Positions 13,701 through 22,300 of a DNA stretch of 64,000 nucleotides are shown in pieces. The notes under the pieces were generated by a model, which had not been told where the DNA came from, made no database searches, and was given only the letters and a program-made list of their open reading frames with translations. The stretch covers positions 43,437 through 107,436 of the IMG/VR virus record IMGVR_UViG_3300042554_002381; one strand, given 5' to 3'. Position 1 is the stretch's first letter. The number at the start of each line of letters is the position of its first letter. Both the position numbers and the translations under genes were made by a program. This stretch comes from a virus. Lineage: Duplodnaviria > Caudoviricetes.

Positions 13701-16384
13701 TACCTTCTGCATTGGGCATGAACGAAGAAAACGTAGGCACCACGCTTGTAATGATAGGACTGGGTCTTTCGCCTACGTTTGCAGTTGGGTTTAACTTCCT
13801 ACCAGAAGTAAAAAACGCTGTTGAAGCAGTCCAGGCTACTAAGTACGCCATCAGCAGTTCTGATGTCAACAGTTCAAAGTTTTTACATCAAGAAGTCAAA
13901 AATCAGATTGCAAAACTGGTAAAAGAAAATCCTGGTGTTCTTGAAGAATTGAAAAACGCTGGTGTTGTTTCTCCTCTTTCTAAGTCTTATGATATTGCAC
14001 TGAGAAAAGAAAATATTGCACTTAGCTTTAAGGCTCAAAAACTAGATGCCGCCAAGGTTAATAGCAATACTCTCACTTCTAAAGAAATTGGGTATGATGT
14101 CAAAGCTGTAAACAATGACACCAACACAGTTGAAAATTTAAGCGAAGATGCTCAGCGCATCGTTCTTCTCAGCTACTATGCAAGTCAGGCGCAACAGCAA
14201 TTTAATGTTCAGAGAGCAGGAAGCATTCTGAACACGTTTAAGAAACTAAACCCCAGGTTTGTAACTTTTGACAAGCTACTTAAAAACATGACTGATCTTG
14301 CTGAAGACGGCGAGAACAGCATTTTTACAAGTGAGTCTGTAAGCAAAATCTTTGAAGATGACCAGGTGTTCAAGTATCTTTTTGAGGCCATGCAAGATTT
14401 GAATGAGCAGTCTTCTAAGTTGTTTCTGGAAAGAACAAGCTTTTTTGTACCGGTCAAGCAGCTGTTTGAGGAGGTCTTTGAAGACAAGAGCACCATTGCA
14501 AAGATGATCACCAGCTATATTGCTCTTCGTCAGTACCAGCGTTTGATGCCAGGATCCAGAACAACGGGCGTTGAGGCTATAGACAACCTGCTTGCACAGG
14601 ATGATCAAAACCTGCGTGATACATTTAAAGCAGAATATTTTTTTACTAACAATTTAAAGGACGAAGTAGAACAGATGCTGCAGAAGTATCCTGACAACAA
14701 GTTCTTACAGTTATTGGTCAGTGAAAATGGCGACGCTGCTGCTTTTACAGAAAAAGGCGTAAAGATCACAGAAAGAGGTCTTAAACTGGTCACTAAAGCA
14801 AACATTTCAGGTAGCTACGCATCTAATGTAACAGACGACGCATACGCGCTTATGATCAAAGAAAACCTTTTTGCCAAAAAGCTTTTCTATTACGAGCTTG
14901 CCAAAACAGGTCTCATGTACAAGTCAGGTTCGTTCTTGCAACTTCTTCCTACAGAGATGATGCGACCTTTCTCTCCTTACATCAATGACTTTGTAAAAGC
15001 GCTTGAGAATGCAAAGGGTAATCCTGTAAAACTGATGAGTGCTGTAAAAAGCATCTTAGGTAATGAAGCCACAGACGCAGACGTGTACAACTTCTTTGAC
15101 GAGGTCTTCATGCTCATGGCCAATGCAGCCAGCCAGGAGGCAAACAACAACAAGATCAGGATTGCAAGACAATTCTCTTTTGCAAAAGACAAAAGCTTCA
15201 TGCAGTCTTTTAGGTTTTCTGAAACAACCACTGAGAAAACAGAGCGTCTTGCTATTGTAAGCAGTGCTCTGATGCACTTCATGGGTCAAACATCTAAAGA
15301 CGCGACAAAAGGTTACACGCCTACAAGTAGAAACGCAGCCAATGAGGTGATAAGTGAAATTACACTTGATATGTCAAAGCCTGCGTCAATTCCCGAGGTC
15401 AATGAAAACACAATGACTGAAATAGGGAAAAACTTTGGCATAAGACCTGTATTTGGCAAACCTGGCGTTTACAAGTTTCCTTTGATGTTCAAGATTGACA
15501 GCAGACAAGGAAGTGTCACATACTTACTGCAAGGTGTAGGTGAACAGGTAGCGTATCAGAACTTTGGTGAGAGTATGTTCAGGTCTATTACAGGCACTGG
15601 CGCGTCCAGTGTAGAAGGCAACATTGCCAAGTACAAGGCTATCCCAGCAGTTGTATCTACTGGACTTATGTCACCTATAGGTATGCCTAAGCAAGAGATT
15701 GAGAAGTACGTTGCTTACACAACTAACAAAGCAAAGCTTCCTGCTGTTGCTGCACCGGCACCTGTCGCAACACCTGCTCAACCCGCACCAACTCCTGCAG
15801 CACAAGCCGCGCAGGAAGACATGACTGGTACGCAGGATGCTACAGACATGCTTCTCAGCATGATGCCAGCAACACCTGTAGAACAACAGACAGAAGCAGC
15901 TATTGAACCAGGTCAATTTGTCAAGTTCAACAACGAGACTTTCATAGTGACTAAGATAAACAGTAATGGTACCGTGCAGGTTTACAATCCCACTTTAGAG
16001 GGCCCTGCTTCTAAAAAGTCAGTGTCTGCTTCTAACCTTACAGCGATTCCTGGCAGTAAAGCACTCCTGGTAGACTACAAAGGCTCTCAGTATCTGGTGA
16101 CACCTAAGAACACGATTATCTCTATGACCACCAACAAAGCCATGCAATGGCAAGAGAACAACGGCGACCGTGTTGCAGTACTTGAACTAGCTTCTCAGAA
16201 CAAAAATGTGACTATGGACATGAACAATCTGAACCTCACACAACCGGTTGTTGACTATCTTTACAACCAGTCTAGCAAGCGTCTTTCTAAAGACAACTTT
16301 AGACAAGCTGCTGCTGCAATGATTGCAAACCTCAGAGCTTCTACCCCAACAGATCAGATCCTGGAAAAAATCAAGTGCCTATAA
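4751..16384 (+). CDS. Virion-packaged DNA-dependent RNA polymerase (crAss/phi14:2 gp66-like) with zincin protease domain, 3877 aa
   Basis: Catalytic loop AGSDFDVD (12845-12859) preceded by the TRIP motif. HEAFH (7718-7732) with downstream EEILAD zincin signature. Size and gene context match crAss-like phages. Confidence 0.9.
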   Translation: MACQIQTDKYTGIVLDLIRLEPTVYNNFDNAASFILRSGLTPEQKMLSVHNLAHIYAGLADLDSSYYEKGKADQVSSMIAATENPEGYVKILSELYGISKPAELKLDSITKKIEALGGKTVINRADLVGTNGIVTLIKNYFATHSFANLEERTQLLEQLSAALRQQIIDSQMPQDNKDGLESLIGDMFASLDKRSDFIPITEIAQEAQLRNMLVTLANGEMVEAISENEVLYMISNDGSLEALSEDQIVNFKQSRPTDTFQGNSSEHIFYEDTILSSLRVKPVNPEDTAEIFKALNHPQPLTMVRIHAVKVSSVGDQRVERIQNLAQSDPAMAKLANRQHETFENKAQTEYLLSESTGKVVTLSRPKASEQSFVLVGNIIGTDKKFYLYSNDNLTFVSSDNTTERVDFNNPGHLAELKRLSVKTTGAERVELTDQDIETLQDSAKHYQEFVASVQDDLMSEFAGGRTSVDITEQFAQAYQMQSTRPFKTLTPLGKKLESDPSLYKLLTIVNTKTGAKEERQIPFLYNRVQGVLANFQLVDVLDKDERIEHTPQPGAEPVLMNMDDYAKEVLGLNSNSVEKLLKSTDQRQMNVVIKFREGAVPTYNIAENVATMSPVEEFANFIFELGSVLTNSTNRGTDVKNFDVFQYAFKPATSKAVGDKPLYVAFSTTIKGQLQFWIKPAKRDGRYGFMEENKKPYNFLFDEKIITTTAKALSEGKLVKQIQEKFPELAKFDLSKPEDLYEFYRTITVMSRRGSVDALIIDLANAVKEAQERFSQQIRDQVLNKLESQTSEDTRFMQNLREDFTYNGVFKPEFLFFREEKDGNVVPNISFSPRYTPKNGINARTRFASNLNNYMHVDSGARRFVITPKNDVSNLSSIPAPAPAPVTVESPAQIHVQNPVQQPVAPSTIDIPRMPMFSMMAGNVETETDAERLSAVAWLKKTYPQFQLSEFDLSTLIELSSLDGTVLGMFKDRVIYLNNQIKGKGTVYHEAFHGVFRYLMTDPYRAGLVDLVSGMKVHASKFTEESLKEFARKRNYVYDKTRMKQLQAEEILADGFQKYMTDNKKPKGVLGDLMQLLKRLIEMFTGKSNEIDRLYSRVSSGYYTGSVMASEIYDGQAAYEIIEGLVEIENLPGGVGITDRIGSLNSAEQQNELVNMVTYYMLKGYNDKQTFEQNFDRMAKVILDKEYNLDRLIANHPEKRDQILEVLGNTWKNYRFMLGARMLGEVLPDLNNTGNPDYDNLVRPNSVKRNDGAGDSFVDNANGQESKKTLMKLVKANFEKINALVEGKPEQEDTLTADRIDELITDENPAVYNEDDETGSNDQETDSADFDSGLNQYNKLEGVNKEIRRFLALVKYDRVDERLGITLPRLVNGNQMFGVLMSVTSDIEVDNIIDHIKVVAKTARYDGNNLLADDLDNIYSKLQKLTNIDSNGRPQSNQQLYNMMIDALDTTELDFITTTVYTNKKTDPYSGEDMGTSTGNYTIKDQVLFQDTNLRKTNIITSIKTKHASSAKDEAYLKAARDLYDLAKNKIYAGNYILDSAGSNQGQKLEEISTQLHTLMGEVGINVPKSLIRLSLLAIDKIQNNVVHDNAQFSQDVLDHYNNHEQMIAEGIYFEKDFFLSISQILEEAVKNTNNHDAFARYITKDKNAELPVDRFNVILRRAAAYIVKYDPQGIQSTVKDSENKSRYRFVSYTPALRLAQTLRRKGLEETLKEDPYFEQYINDWFKDNPAMGVLLDPKGSATDKAKQELFLRNFRVAMFGGVNQVFDGKFKPGKSFKNIDSKSMYITHLLSFLNRTSHKQVVKDAEGKDTLVEIQTYLRSFSQLESSQTNFLISAMYEQYADNTGMLETKDGHLKITDILTNAVRQEYNRIQREYNKRLERKQVFDAGEKHSLILKFNATHQKDDVTKAEVNSTDLRAYNFIGKIPDFFQANAELVTNDTNTGLRDLAFAGTKFEELPEDVMVTLRNQLNTYAQQALQKHLDRLVELEVLKKDSQPTRTAAGAAFVQKGTDGTITKYTSNLIAPTLIVDGKKEGNVLENKYYKTPKNYGEKLKNTEIPSDEIPAPVEIPAQENMEGFVADAFFNFWANSLTVNDLLDGDSAMNVKDPSDYFKRQKKQLAAGSTPKRGDHKVAYINTIKAFIHETYPMYGPYYNADEILGDERLSENLRDILIADFAKAQSGVKERITDPSTGIERTIKYGDMMREVFDGQSFSTLMHQMDMHDAMGRLSAEAAELMIAKHYRKLTADEISLLERNNIVNNSKKTVTSTRNAYHKQSEVHIDRNDVSVFVIPEEVLVSPERKREYIKKAQDTIHMLYAEVYSLRDAAKEAKIAGLDPAPFMTQIKVNMQEIHKYYKPIPSRKILHDLLNAMEFHQIDHLMDTTASKNATLLPVDIFTESQKLTEGSYINLEMSSMAVDNRYKFLQVETSGVKDTAKFSVQAKALIAADLLNIAEIMRASGRDIAESEQKSMEKVATILRTYQRTLKDVGESNLVNLKTILRKDGDFEVGKIFTLIRTSLESQGAPVNTLKLFDLNVDGTPVHSPNLPGIRNMLEYYFFSQYSKHITDEKRSGFKSIHMSSFGYDLMTDMDGNIIRSEDYRRNSARYPNVKTRPLGVSVETNPDGTKTYFVEVIVPKPQFRNKEHEEFYMKQLTKMFATRIPTEDKRSMIVLKVVDFIDSANLNGIIVPHFVHLLAGSDFDVDSLYGQTLAHYFNADDKPVLYGDYSAYSSEDAGRYTEFVEYMSKDDDVSMLVKSELSKIEALGENYTPSDNAKTLVGYTAERLSEDVDTLKNYDAVLAAFEKLGLPVTLENFLANPKYKKVTRPAFQNANLRSMMDILSNEAVFNYLYINERSSVQAFEDIAEEFGRDVKQMGGGYNHLSIDGVVTTKNISGVYKSGIGIAANINKFVALASQFGLELNSQNVIWQFQNAVEKGKTETGETEYDLTLRKYTNFGTLSEENQRVIASIGNILGMFADGMKKPIPSALGMNEENVGTTLVMIGLGLSPTFAVGFNFLPEVKNAVEAVQATKYAISSSDVNSSKFLHQEVKNQIAKLVKENPGVLEELKNAGVVSPLSKSYDIALRKENIALSFKAQKLDAAKVNSNTLTSKEIGYDVKAVNNDTNTVENLSEDAQRIVLLSYYASQAQQQFNVQRAGSILNTFKKLNPRFVTFDKLLKNMTDLAEDGENSIFTSESVSKIFEDDQVFKYLFEAMQDLNEQSSKLFLERTSFFVPVKQLFEEVFEDKSTIAKMITSYIALRQYQRLMPGSRTTGVEAIDNLLAQDDQNLRDTFKAEYFFTNNLKDEVEQMLQKYPDNKFLQLLVSENGDAAAFTEKGVKITERGLKLVTKANISGSYASNVTDDAYALMIKENLFAKKLFYYELAKTGLMYKSGSFLQLLPTEMMRPFSPYINDFVKALENAKGNPVKLMSAVKSILGNEATDADVYNFFDEVFMLMANAASQEANNNKIRIARQFSFAKDKSFMQSFRFSETTTEKTERLAIVSSALMHFMGQTSKDATKGYTPTSRNAANEVISEITLDMSKPASIPEVNENTMTEIGKNFGIRPVFGKPGVYKFPLMFKIDSRQGSVTYLLQGVGEQVAYQNFGESMFRSITGTGASSVEGNIAKYKAIPAVVSTGLMSPIGMPKQEIEKYVAYTTNKAKLPAVAAPAPVATPAQPAPTPAAQAAQEDMTGTQDATDMLLSMMPATPVEQQTEAAIEPGQFVKFNNETFIVTKINSNGTVQVYNPTLEGPASKKSVSASNLTAIPGSKALLVDYKGSQYLVTPKNTIISMTTNKAMQWQENNGDRVAVLELASQNKNVTMDMNNLNLTQPVVDYLYNQSSKRLSKDNFRQAAAAMIANLRASTPTDQILEKIKCL

Positions 16385-16387
16385 TCT

Positions 16388-19300
16388 ATGAACACATGTC
16401 CTAATCCCAACAGTCCTGAGTGGAAGCGTCTTGTTGATGCTTTAGGTGAAGGTAACGCTATGACGGCTTACACCCTGAACAACAATGAGACACCTGATGT
16501 TTATGACGCACAAAGGCTTTTGGCTGGTCTGAAAGCTGAAGAAAAAGATGAGCAGATTAGCAAAAGCTCAGATGAGTTTAAGCTGGAGCGTGCCAAAGCT
16601 CAACTGACAATGCTTCAGCGTGCCAGGTTTAATGCGAAACCTTTGCAAAGAGTGACGCTTGACAAGCTTATGGAAATGAACATGCGGCAACAGGAGTTTT
16701 TGCGTGAGAACATTCAACTGGTTAAAAACGGCATGCCTCCCAAAAAGACGGTCAGTGTTTCAAACTTTATTGGTGCCTCTGACTTCAAAGGAGATCCTTC
16801 TAAGTATGAAGCGTTCAAACTGTTTGGTACGTTTATGCACGAAGCTTTAGAGCTTGCACAGGTAGAAAGTCTTACATCTGGTGTTGCCATTTATGATGTA
16901 ATGACACAAGAGTTCTTTGACAACGCGCTAAAGAACTACAAAGAAAAGTATCCTTTCAATATTGATAACCTCACTGAACAAGCCATGTTTGAAATGGCGC
17001 GGGGTCTTGCTATGCACATTACAGTCTTTAATGACAAAGGCTTTATGATTCTGCCAGAGGTTACTATTACAGGTACCACAAAGACAGGCAGCATGGTGGT
17101 GGGTCGTCTTGACTTGCTCTTGATTGACTCTCAAGGACGTGTAAACGTGTTTGACTTTAAGACCAAGAAGGTTAAGCGCCTTATGGAAACAAACCCAGAT
17201 GGCACAAGGTCTATAAACGTAGACGGTGCACTGGTTCATCTTGCAGAAAAGACCTTTACTGTAGACAACAAACCTGGTACAGAGGCAGCATTCAAAGGCA
17301 CCAACCGGTCAGCCTATGACACCTGGACTTTGCAATTGAAGGTCTATGAAAACATGCTGATACAAAATGGCCTGGAGGTCAATGATCAAAGCATTGTGGC
17401 ACTGATGTATGAGACAGACGATGATGGCAAGTTTGAAGGTGCCGCCATACATGTCTTTGATGAGAAGTACTACTACGACTATGCAAAAGGCGCCAATGTT
17501 CCCAACAACAACGGGTATTGGAAAACAGAACCCACTTTTGGCTATCAGAAACTTGATTCTTTCAGAAAAACTGTAGATCAGCAGATTCCTATTTCTGAAG
17601 AAGCTCAGGCAGAATCAAAAAGAAAAGCTCTCATCAGCGATCTTAAAATCACCAAAGAACAGAACACTGCCCTGAAGACCAAGATACAGGGTGCCATTAC
17701 CACAGAGCTTAACGATACACTGATACAGATTGAAAAACTCAAAAGAGAGGGTAATGACACAGTGTTGCTGGCAGCACTTGAAACCCGTCGCAGTACACTG
17801 CGCACCTACCAGGATATTGTAGGTAAAGTGACAGACGACAGTGAGCTATCTTTTGCGTATAATTTCTCCAATCTTTTGGACACAGTTGAGCGTGACGTTC
17901 TCAGGCTAAGCAACCTTGCAGACAACGCAATGAAAAACTTTAAGCTGTCTCCTGACCTGGCGGTCAGTAAAGAAGGACAGGAAATATTGAGGATCTATCA
18001 GATGAGCAACTCTCTTGGTCTGGTCTTTGATCTTTTACAAGACACCATTACTGAAGCGCGTAAAAATACTGAAAACGCTTTTGTCGTAAGTGAGTTGATT
18101 GATGATAGATTCACTGCTATCCATGGAGCACTTAACAATATTGAAGCAGCATTTTCATATACTGCCTTGCACAATGCTGTGCAGGTTTTGAAAGTTCCAG
18201 GAGAAAAGATATTTACCAACGTAAACACAGAACTCAAGGAAGTTCTTGAGCTTGAAATAAAAAAGCTTGAGGAGCAGCTTAAAAAACTGGAAGAAGGCAA
18301 GTCAGCATCAGTTCTGAAAGCTTTTAAACACAACGCGCTGATGTTTATGGACAGCTCTTACAAAAAGCGTGTGGCTGAGAAACTTTCACAAAATGGTTTA
18401 GAACCAGGTGTACTGGTTCAGATGGAAAACTTGCAACGCCAGATCCTGCAGAAAAAAGCACTGCTGGAGAGCGGATACATGTTCAATGATGAGTTTTTGA
18501 AAAAGTACATTGAAGGCATCAGAGATCCTAATGCTCAGAACTATGCAGGCCGTCAGGGTACTTTCTCTGGCTCAGGGTTTTTCCGTAACACATATATGGA
18601 CCAGTTTATTTCTTCTGCGTCCAACTCTGAACTGGCGATCAGTGCGTTCACCATTATGCTCAAGAATGCAGAAGCTGAGGCGCGTCTTGCTATTCAGAAC
18701 AACTTTGCGTCTATGCAGTTTGACCAGAAGCGTGACGCACTTTTACAACGATACACTGTAGAGGAGCTTAATGACCTGATGTCTGAGTATCGCGACCACA
18801 CGTTTTTGAACAGCAACGGTGAGCTAGAAACAGTACGCCGTCTTTACATGAGCGCACCTTATACAGAAGCCTATAAAAACACGTTCAAAGAGTACAACCT
18901 TAAGTTGCAGATTTTCAGAAAAGAGATGTCCAATCTCAAAGCTGAAAGCCACAAGAAAGCTAACACGCCGGAGGGTCCTGCAGCCAAGCAGGTTTACCTG
19001 GACAAGGTTGCGGAGTATGAGCAGTACAAAGACCAGTACTTGCAATGGATGATAGACAACGCACAGCTTCCTTATACAGAAGCTTTTTACTCTTTGCAGA
19101 AAGCCTTGCCTCAGTCTATCCGCGAGGAGTTGCAGAAACGCTACTTTGAAATGGAGACCATTGTCTATGACGTAGGTAAAGGCAATGAAATACTTCTGGA
19201 AGAGTACGACTTTGAGCGTATTCAAGAACTTGAACAGGAGATCAGAACCCTGCGCCAACAGGCTAAAGAAATGAGCCCTGAGTACGCGCAGTACATGGAC

Positions 19301-22300
19301 CAGCTCAATGATCTTTATGAGTATGATGTCAATATCAACTTTTATGAGCGCATGCGCGACAGCGCCATGGTACGCTACAAAGACTCACACCCTGAGCTTT
19401 GGGAAAAGTGGCAAAAGACCAACGAGGTACAGCGTCCAACAAAAAGACCTGAATTGCCTAAAGAACTAACGCGCGGCACTAATGTCATGTACCAGGATCA
19501 GATCTGGACAGTTGTCACAGAACGCGCAGCAGGATCAGTAGACCTGGTCAATGAGGACGGTGAAACTGTGGTAGCTATGCGTGAGGATCTGCAGATGCTT
19601 AACTGGCATGAACAACTGGGGCTTCTTTATGAAGCCAAAGCAGCCATTGCAGGCAGTGATCCTGAGATACAAGAGCTGATGGAAGAACGTCGCGCCATTC
19701 TGCGTCAGTACAAAGTGGGAGGACGTCTGCAGCCCAAGTTTATGAGCGAGGATCATGTGACAAGACTTGATGAAATTGCAGGTCTGATAGAAGAGATCAT
19801 GTTGGAAAAGAGAAACACCGGTATGCTGGATATTCAGCAGAAAGCACAACTTGTTCAGATATCCAATGAAATCAAGAAGATCTCTGAGAAACGTCTTGCA
19901 CAGGGATACCTAGATACTTTTGATGAAAAACTCAAGATTCTCTACGCCGCACAGCGTGAGATGATCACTGCAGAAAATGATCTTGCTACAGCGACTACCA
20001 AGGCAGACAAAAAAGAAATTGATGCAGCACAAACTGCTTTAAGCAAAGCAGAGGCTAATTTCAGTAAAAAGGAAAAAGAGTTTCGCACCTGGTACAATCT
20101 GCATCACAATAACAAATACCAGTCTGTCAGCACAGGTTATGATGTAAGGCAAAATGCACTGCCTAAGTCATACAACTTTGAGAACCTGCCAGTTGAGTCT
20201 TTGTATTCCTTGTACATGGAGACAGTGCCGCATCCTAAATACAAAATCAAGCGCATCAAAGAAAGCGCCAAGAACCCTGACTTTTTACAGAGTCCTGAAG
20301 GTATCCCCATGCCTAAGGCGGTGATGCAAAACAGCAATGGTCAGTATGTAATACGTCCAGGCTTTGAGAGTTCTCCAAACATTTCTGACAAGTACAGAAA
20401 GCTTATGGCAGACCCAGAGCTGTTTAGTTTCTACAACGACACCATGACCATGTACTTTGACATTCAGCAAAAAGTAGAAGGTCGCAAGATGGGTTACCTA
20501 GTGCCAGGTTTTACTGCAAGCACCGTTGAGAATATTGCCAGAAAAGGTCTTGTAGGGTCACTGAATAACGAGTACCAGAAGTTTGTAGAAAACACCTGGC
20601 GCACTCACAGCAAGATTGACCAGGTAGATGGCATCTACGGTGATCTGAACGGCAAGCTGCGTCATCGTTTTACAGAGCAACTTCCTGAAGAACTGCAGAC
20701 ACGTGACGCTATTGGGGCTATTATGAAGTACACCGTTGAAGCCCAGCACAACATTGCCATGCAAAAAGTGGCACCGGCTGTAGAGCAGTACATCGCTTAC
20801 TTTGAACTTCAGCTTACAGAGCTGCGCAAAGAGGTTGGTACAGGAAAGAAATTTACCACTGAGTCTGGTGTACAGGTAAACATGGAAGAGCGTGTGAAAG
20901 AACTTGAGGAGATGCTTAGCATTCTAAACTTTGAAAAACGCAAGTTTCTCTATGGGCAAAGCAAAAGTGCTGCTGCTGGCGACAGAGCTATCAATAAAAA
21001 GCTTAACTCAGCATTGGCTTACTCGTCCTTTATACGCATTGGATTTGACCTGGTAAACCAGACCAAGAACTACATTTCTGGTAATGTACAGGCATTCATT
21101 GCTGCAGGTGGTCTTGCGTCTGACCAATACTCGCGTAAAGACTACATGTGGGCCAAAAGCAAGGTGTATGGCTACGGCGGGTTTTTGCACAACTACTTTG
21201 CAGATTTTGGCAAAATTGGTGACGTCAGTGAGTCTACCATGCTGTACAGGTTTTTTAACCCTGCACAGAAAGACTTTTTGGGATACATGAACGAGGTAAC
21301 TGGTGGCAGAAAGCGCAAAGTAGCTTCGCATCTTACCAGCATTCAGGAACTTGGGTTCATGTTCCAGGACAAAGGTGACACAGAAATTGCTGTCACAGTT
21401 ATGTACGCGGTGATGAACAACAATCGCTATCGCGTCATTGCGGGCAAAGACGCCCAAGGCAATCCTATCTATCAGAAGGATGCTAACGGGGAGGATGTCA
21501 TGATCCCTGTGCACGAGATCTATTACAAGGACAGCACAGGCCAGCTGCAACGTAGGCAGGATGTAGAATATGACCAGCAGGATGAGAACCGCGTGCGCAA
21601 CATCATCTATTCTGAGATGCGTCGCACCCAGGGTAACTACGCCAAAGCTGACCAGACCAAGCTGGAAGAGTCGCCTTTGGGTACGCTTATTATGTTCTTC
21701 AGAAAGTACCTGGTTCCTCAGCTGCTCAACCGCTTTGGCTTTTTACGTCCTAACTGGGAAGCTGGTGAAGCTGCCTTGGGTTACTGGAGCGCTGTGGGGA
21801 TTGTATTCAGAAACTATGGCCCAGGTTACGCAATGAAGCACTGGATCCGTGGGTCCAAACACATGAGCAAGACTAACCAGAACCAGTTGGGTCAACTGCT
21901 TTCTCGCAAGATGGACCAGGCAGGGCGTGACGCTATTGTAATGGCTATTTTGACTATGGTGTCCATGATGGCACTGATGTACGTGCGCAAAAAGAACGAT
22001 GAAGATGAGGAACTGAGCTTTTTGGAGGGCAACGCCATTCGCATCTTGTGGGGTGTAAAAGGTGAAGCAACCTCCATGTTCCCTGTAGGGGGAGGTTCTC
22101 AGGAGTACATTAAGAACTTCACTACGGCAGTGCCTCTGGTGCGTGAATTTATGGCTTTGCAGCGTCTTGGCAGCCATGCTTTTTACTATGGGCAAGCCAT
22201 GCTCATCAACGGTGGCCAGGAGCCAGACCCTATGTATGACAGTGAATACTACCAGGAGATCTGGAAAGACGCGTTTTATTCACGCAAAAGCGGTGTTTAT

